From Eledone cirrhosa (lineage: Eukaryota): a stretch of 64,000 nucleotides of DNA. Position numbers and translations under genes: made by a program. This document shows positions 62,649 through 64,000 of this stretch, in pieces. Position 1 is the stretch's first letter; every line of letters begins with the position of its first letter. Below the pieces are notes generated by a model. It was not told where the DNA came from and searched no databases. It saw only the letters and a list, made by a program, of their open reading frames with translations. Where the stretch lies: NCBI GenBank assembly GCA_964016885.1, contig OZ024742.1, positions 109,616,001 to 109,680,000 on the forward strand. The letters are read 5' to 3'.

Positions 62649-64000
62649 TCTGATTTTCCCTTTTTCAGTTGGGGTCTCTAACTTTCTTTTCTGCCGTGAA
62701 GAATACCTGCTAATTTGACATTGTATTTTCTACTGTGCAGGTTAGATTGTTTTAAACATATTACTTCCCTTTCATTCGTCTTGATGCCACAAATAATTGA
62801 AATGTCGTTTCGTCTTTTGTAACTGCCTTTTGTTTCTATTTGATTTCTATATTTCCTCCATTTGTTCTTGGCATGGGCTGGGGTTTTTATATCTTCTCTT
62901 GAAATAAATCTGTCAGTTCCTTTAAGAATCTGGGGTCAGTTAGCTAATATCAACAAACTATTCATGATTTAGTATCTACAAGATTACTTGATTTGATTCC
63001 ACATTAGTTTTTTTTTTTTTTTGTTTAAAAAAAGACGTTTTACTTTCTCCGAATGAGAACTAGACATTTTTTTTTATATTTTCCCTCCAAGCTTGTAATC
63101 TTGTCGGATTTCTTATATATTGTTTCATTTTGTATGCTTTTAGTTGTATTTTCAAGTAGCAATTCTCTTGGCAGACTTTCATTGTCTGGCTTTGTGTATT
63201 TTGGTATTTATTGCTTGATTAATTTTAGTATTTTAAATTGTCTTTATTTACATTTCTTAAGCTGATTGTTTTTTCGTATTTGTTGTTTTAGCATAATCTA
63301 TATCTGATATTTTATTTGGTATCAAAATGAGTTACCTGATATTCTATAACTTATTCGAGTCAAGTAAATTGACGGGTTAACGTACTTAATGTAGGGAGCC
63401 AAAATTAATGTTTATTTAATTGGAATTACACCCGGAATGAGAAAAAACACCCTTAATGTAATCAAACTTAATTAAAAGGTATACAACTGTTCATCATATT
63501 TTTTTATTGGCGTTTTTTCTGATGCTAAAACATTTCATCTCGTAAGGATTAAATGAATAAACCCTGTCAGACTACCGTTTCATAAATACACTGGATAGAA
63601 ACAAAATTTGTGGAGCTACCATTACCAGATTTATGGTAATGGTATCTCATTTATGACGTGTTTATTATTTACTCCAAGATTCTGACTCTTTACCTTCTGA
63701 GTTCAAATACAGCTGAGGTCTACTTTGGCTTTCATCTTTCTAGGGTCGATAAAACAAAGTACCAGTTAAGTACCGAGGTCGATATAATCGACTTTCTCTT
63801 TCCCCAAATTGCTGTGTTTGTGCCAATATTAGAAAGAATTATTATTAACGAGGTCGACTTTGCCCTTCATCCTTCCGAGGTCGATAAAATAAAACACCAC
63901 CTATATACTCTGGTAAAATTTAATTGATTTCTCCTCCCCACAAATTGCTAGCGTAGTATCGAAATTAAAAATGTTTGTCTACTTCAAGAAAGTGTTCTTG

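Overview
Repeat-dominated, AT-rich eukaryotic DNA. The microsatellite load and SINE types suggest an octopod cephalopod, which is an inference. Only one credible host coding region is visible: a single-exon-like orphan class A GPCR at 25193-26245 (+). Almost all other ORFs in the track are microsatellite artefacts or retroelement fragments. Retroelements include two Penelope-like elements (PLEs; RT and/or GIY-YIG), R4/Dong-type RLE LINE fragments, L1/Tx1-like and RTE-like LINEs, tRNA-derived SINEs with clear target-site duplications (TSDs), and two MITEs. The most striking unannotated signal is about 18 type I hammerhead-ribozyme (HHR) motifs, intact or degenerate, from roughly ten unrelated sequence families. 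Most sit in short elements embedded in (TA)n tracts. Many are arranged as head-to-head, tails-out inverted duplications, from about 40 bp up to a 2.1-kb palindrome. The motifs include a U3-A8 covariant core, a recurrent U-U pair opening stem II, and one intact sense-strand HHR about 555 nt downstream of the GPCR stop. All folds were assigned by eye and none has been tested.
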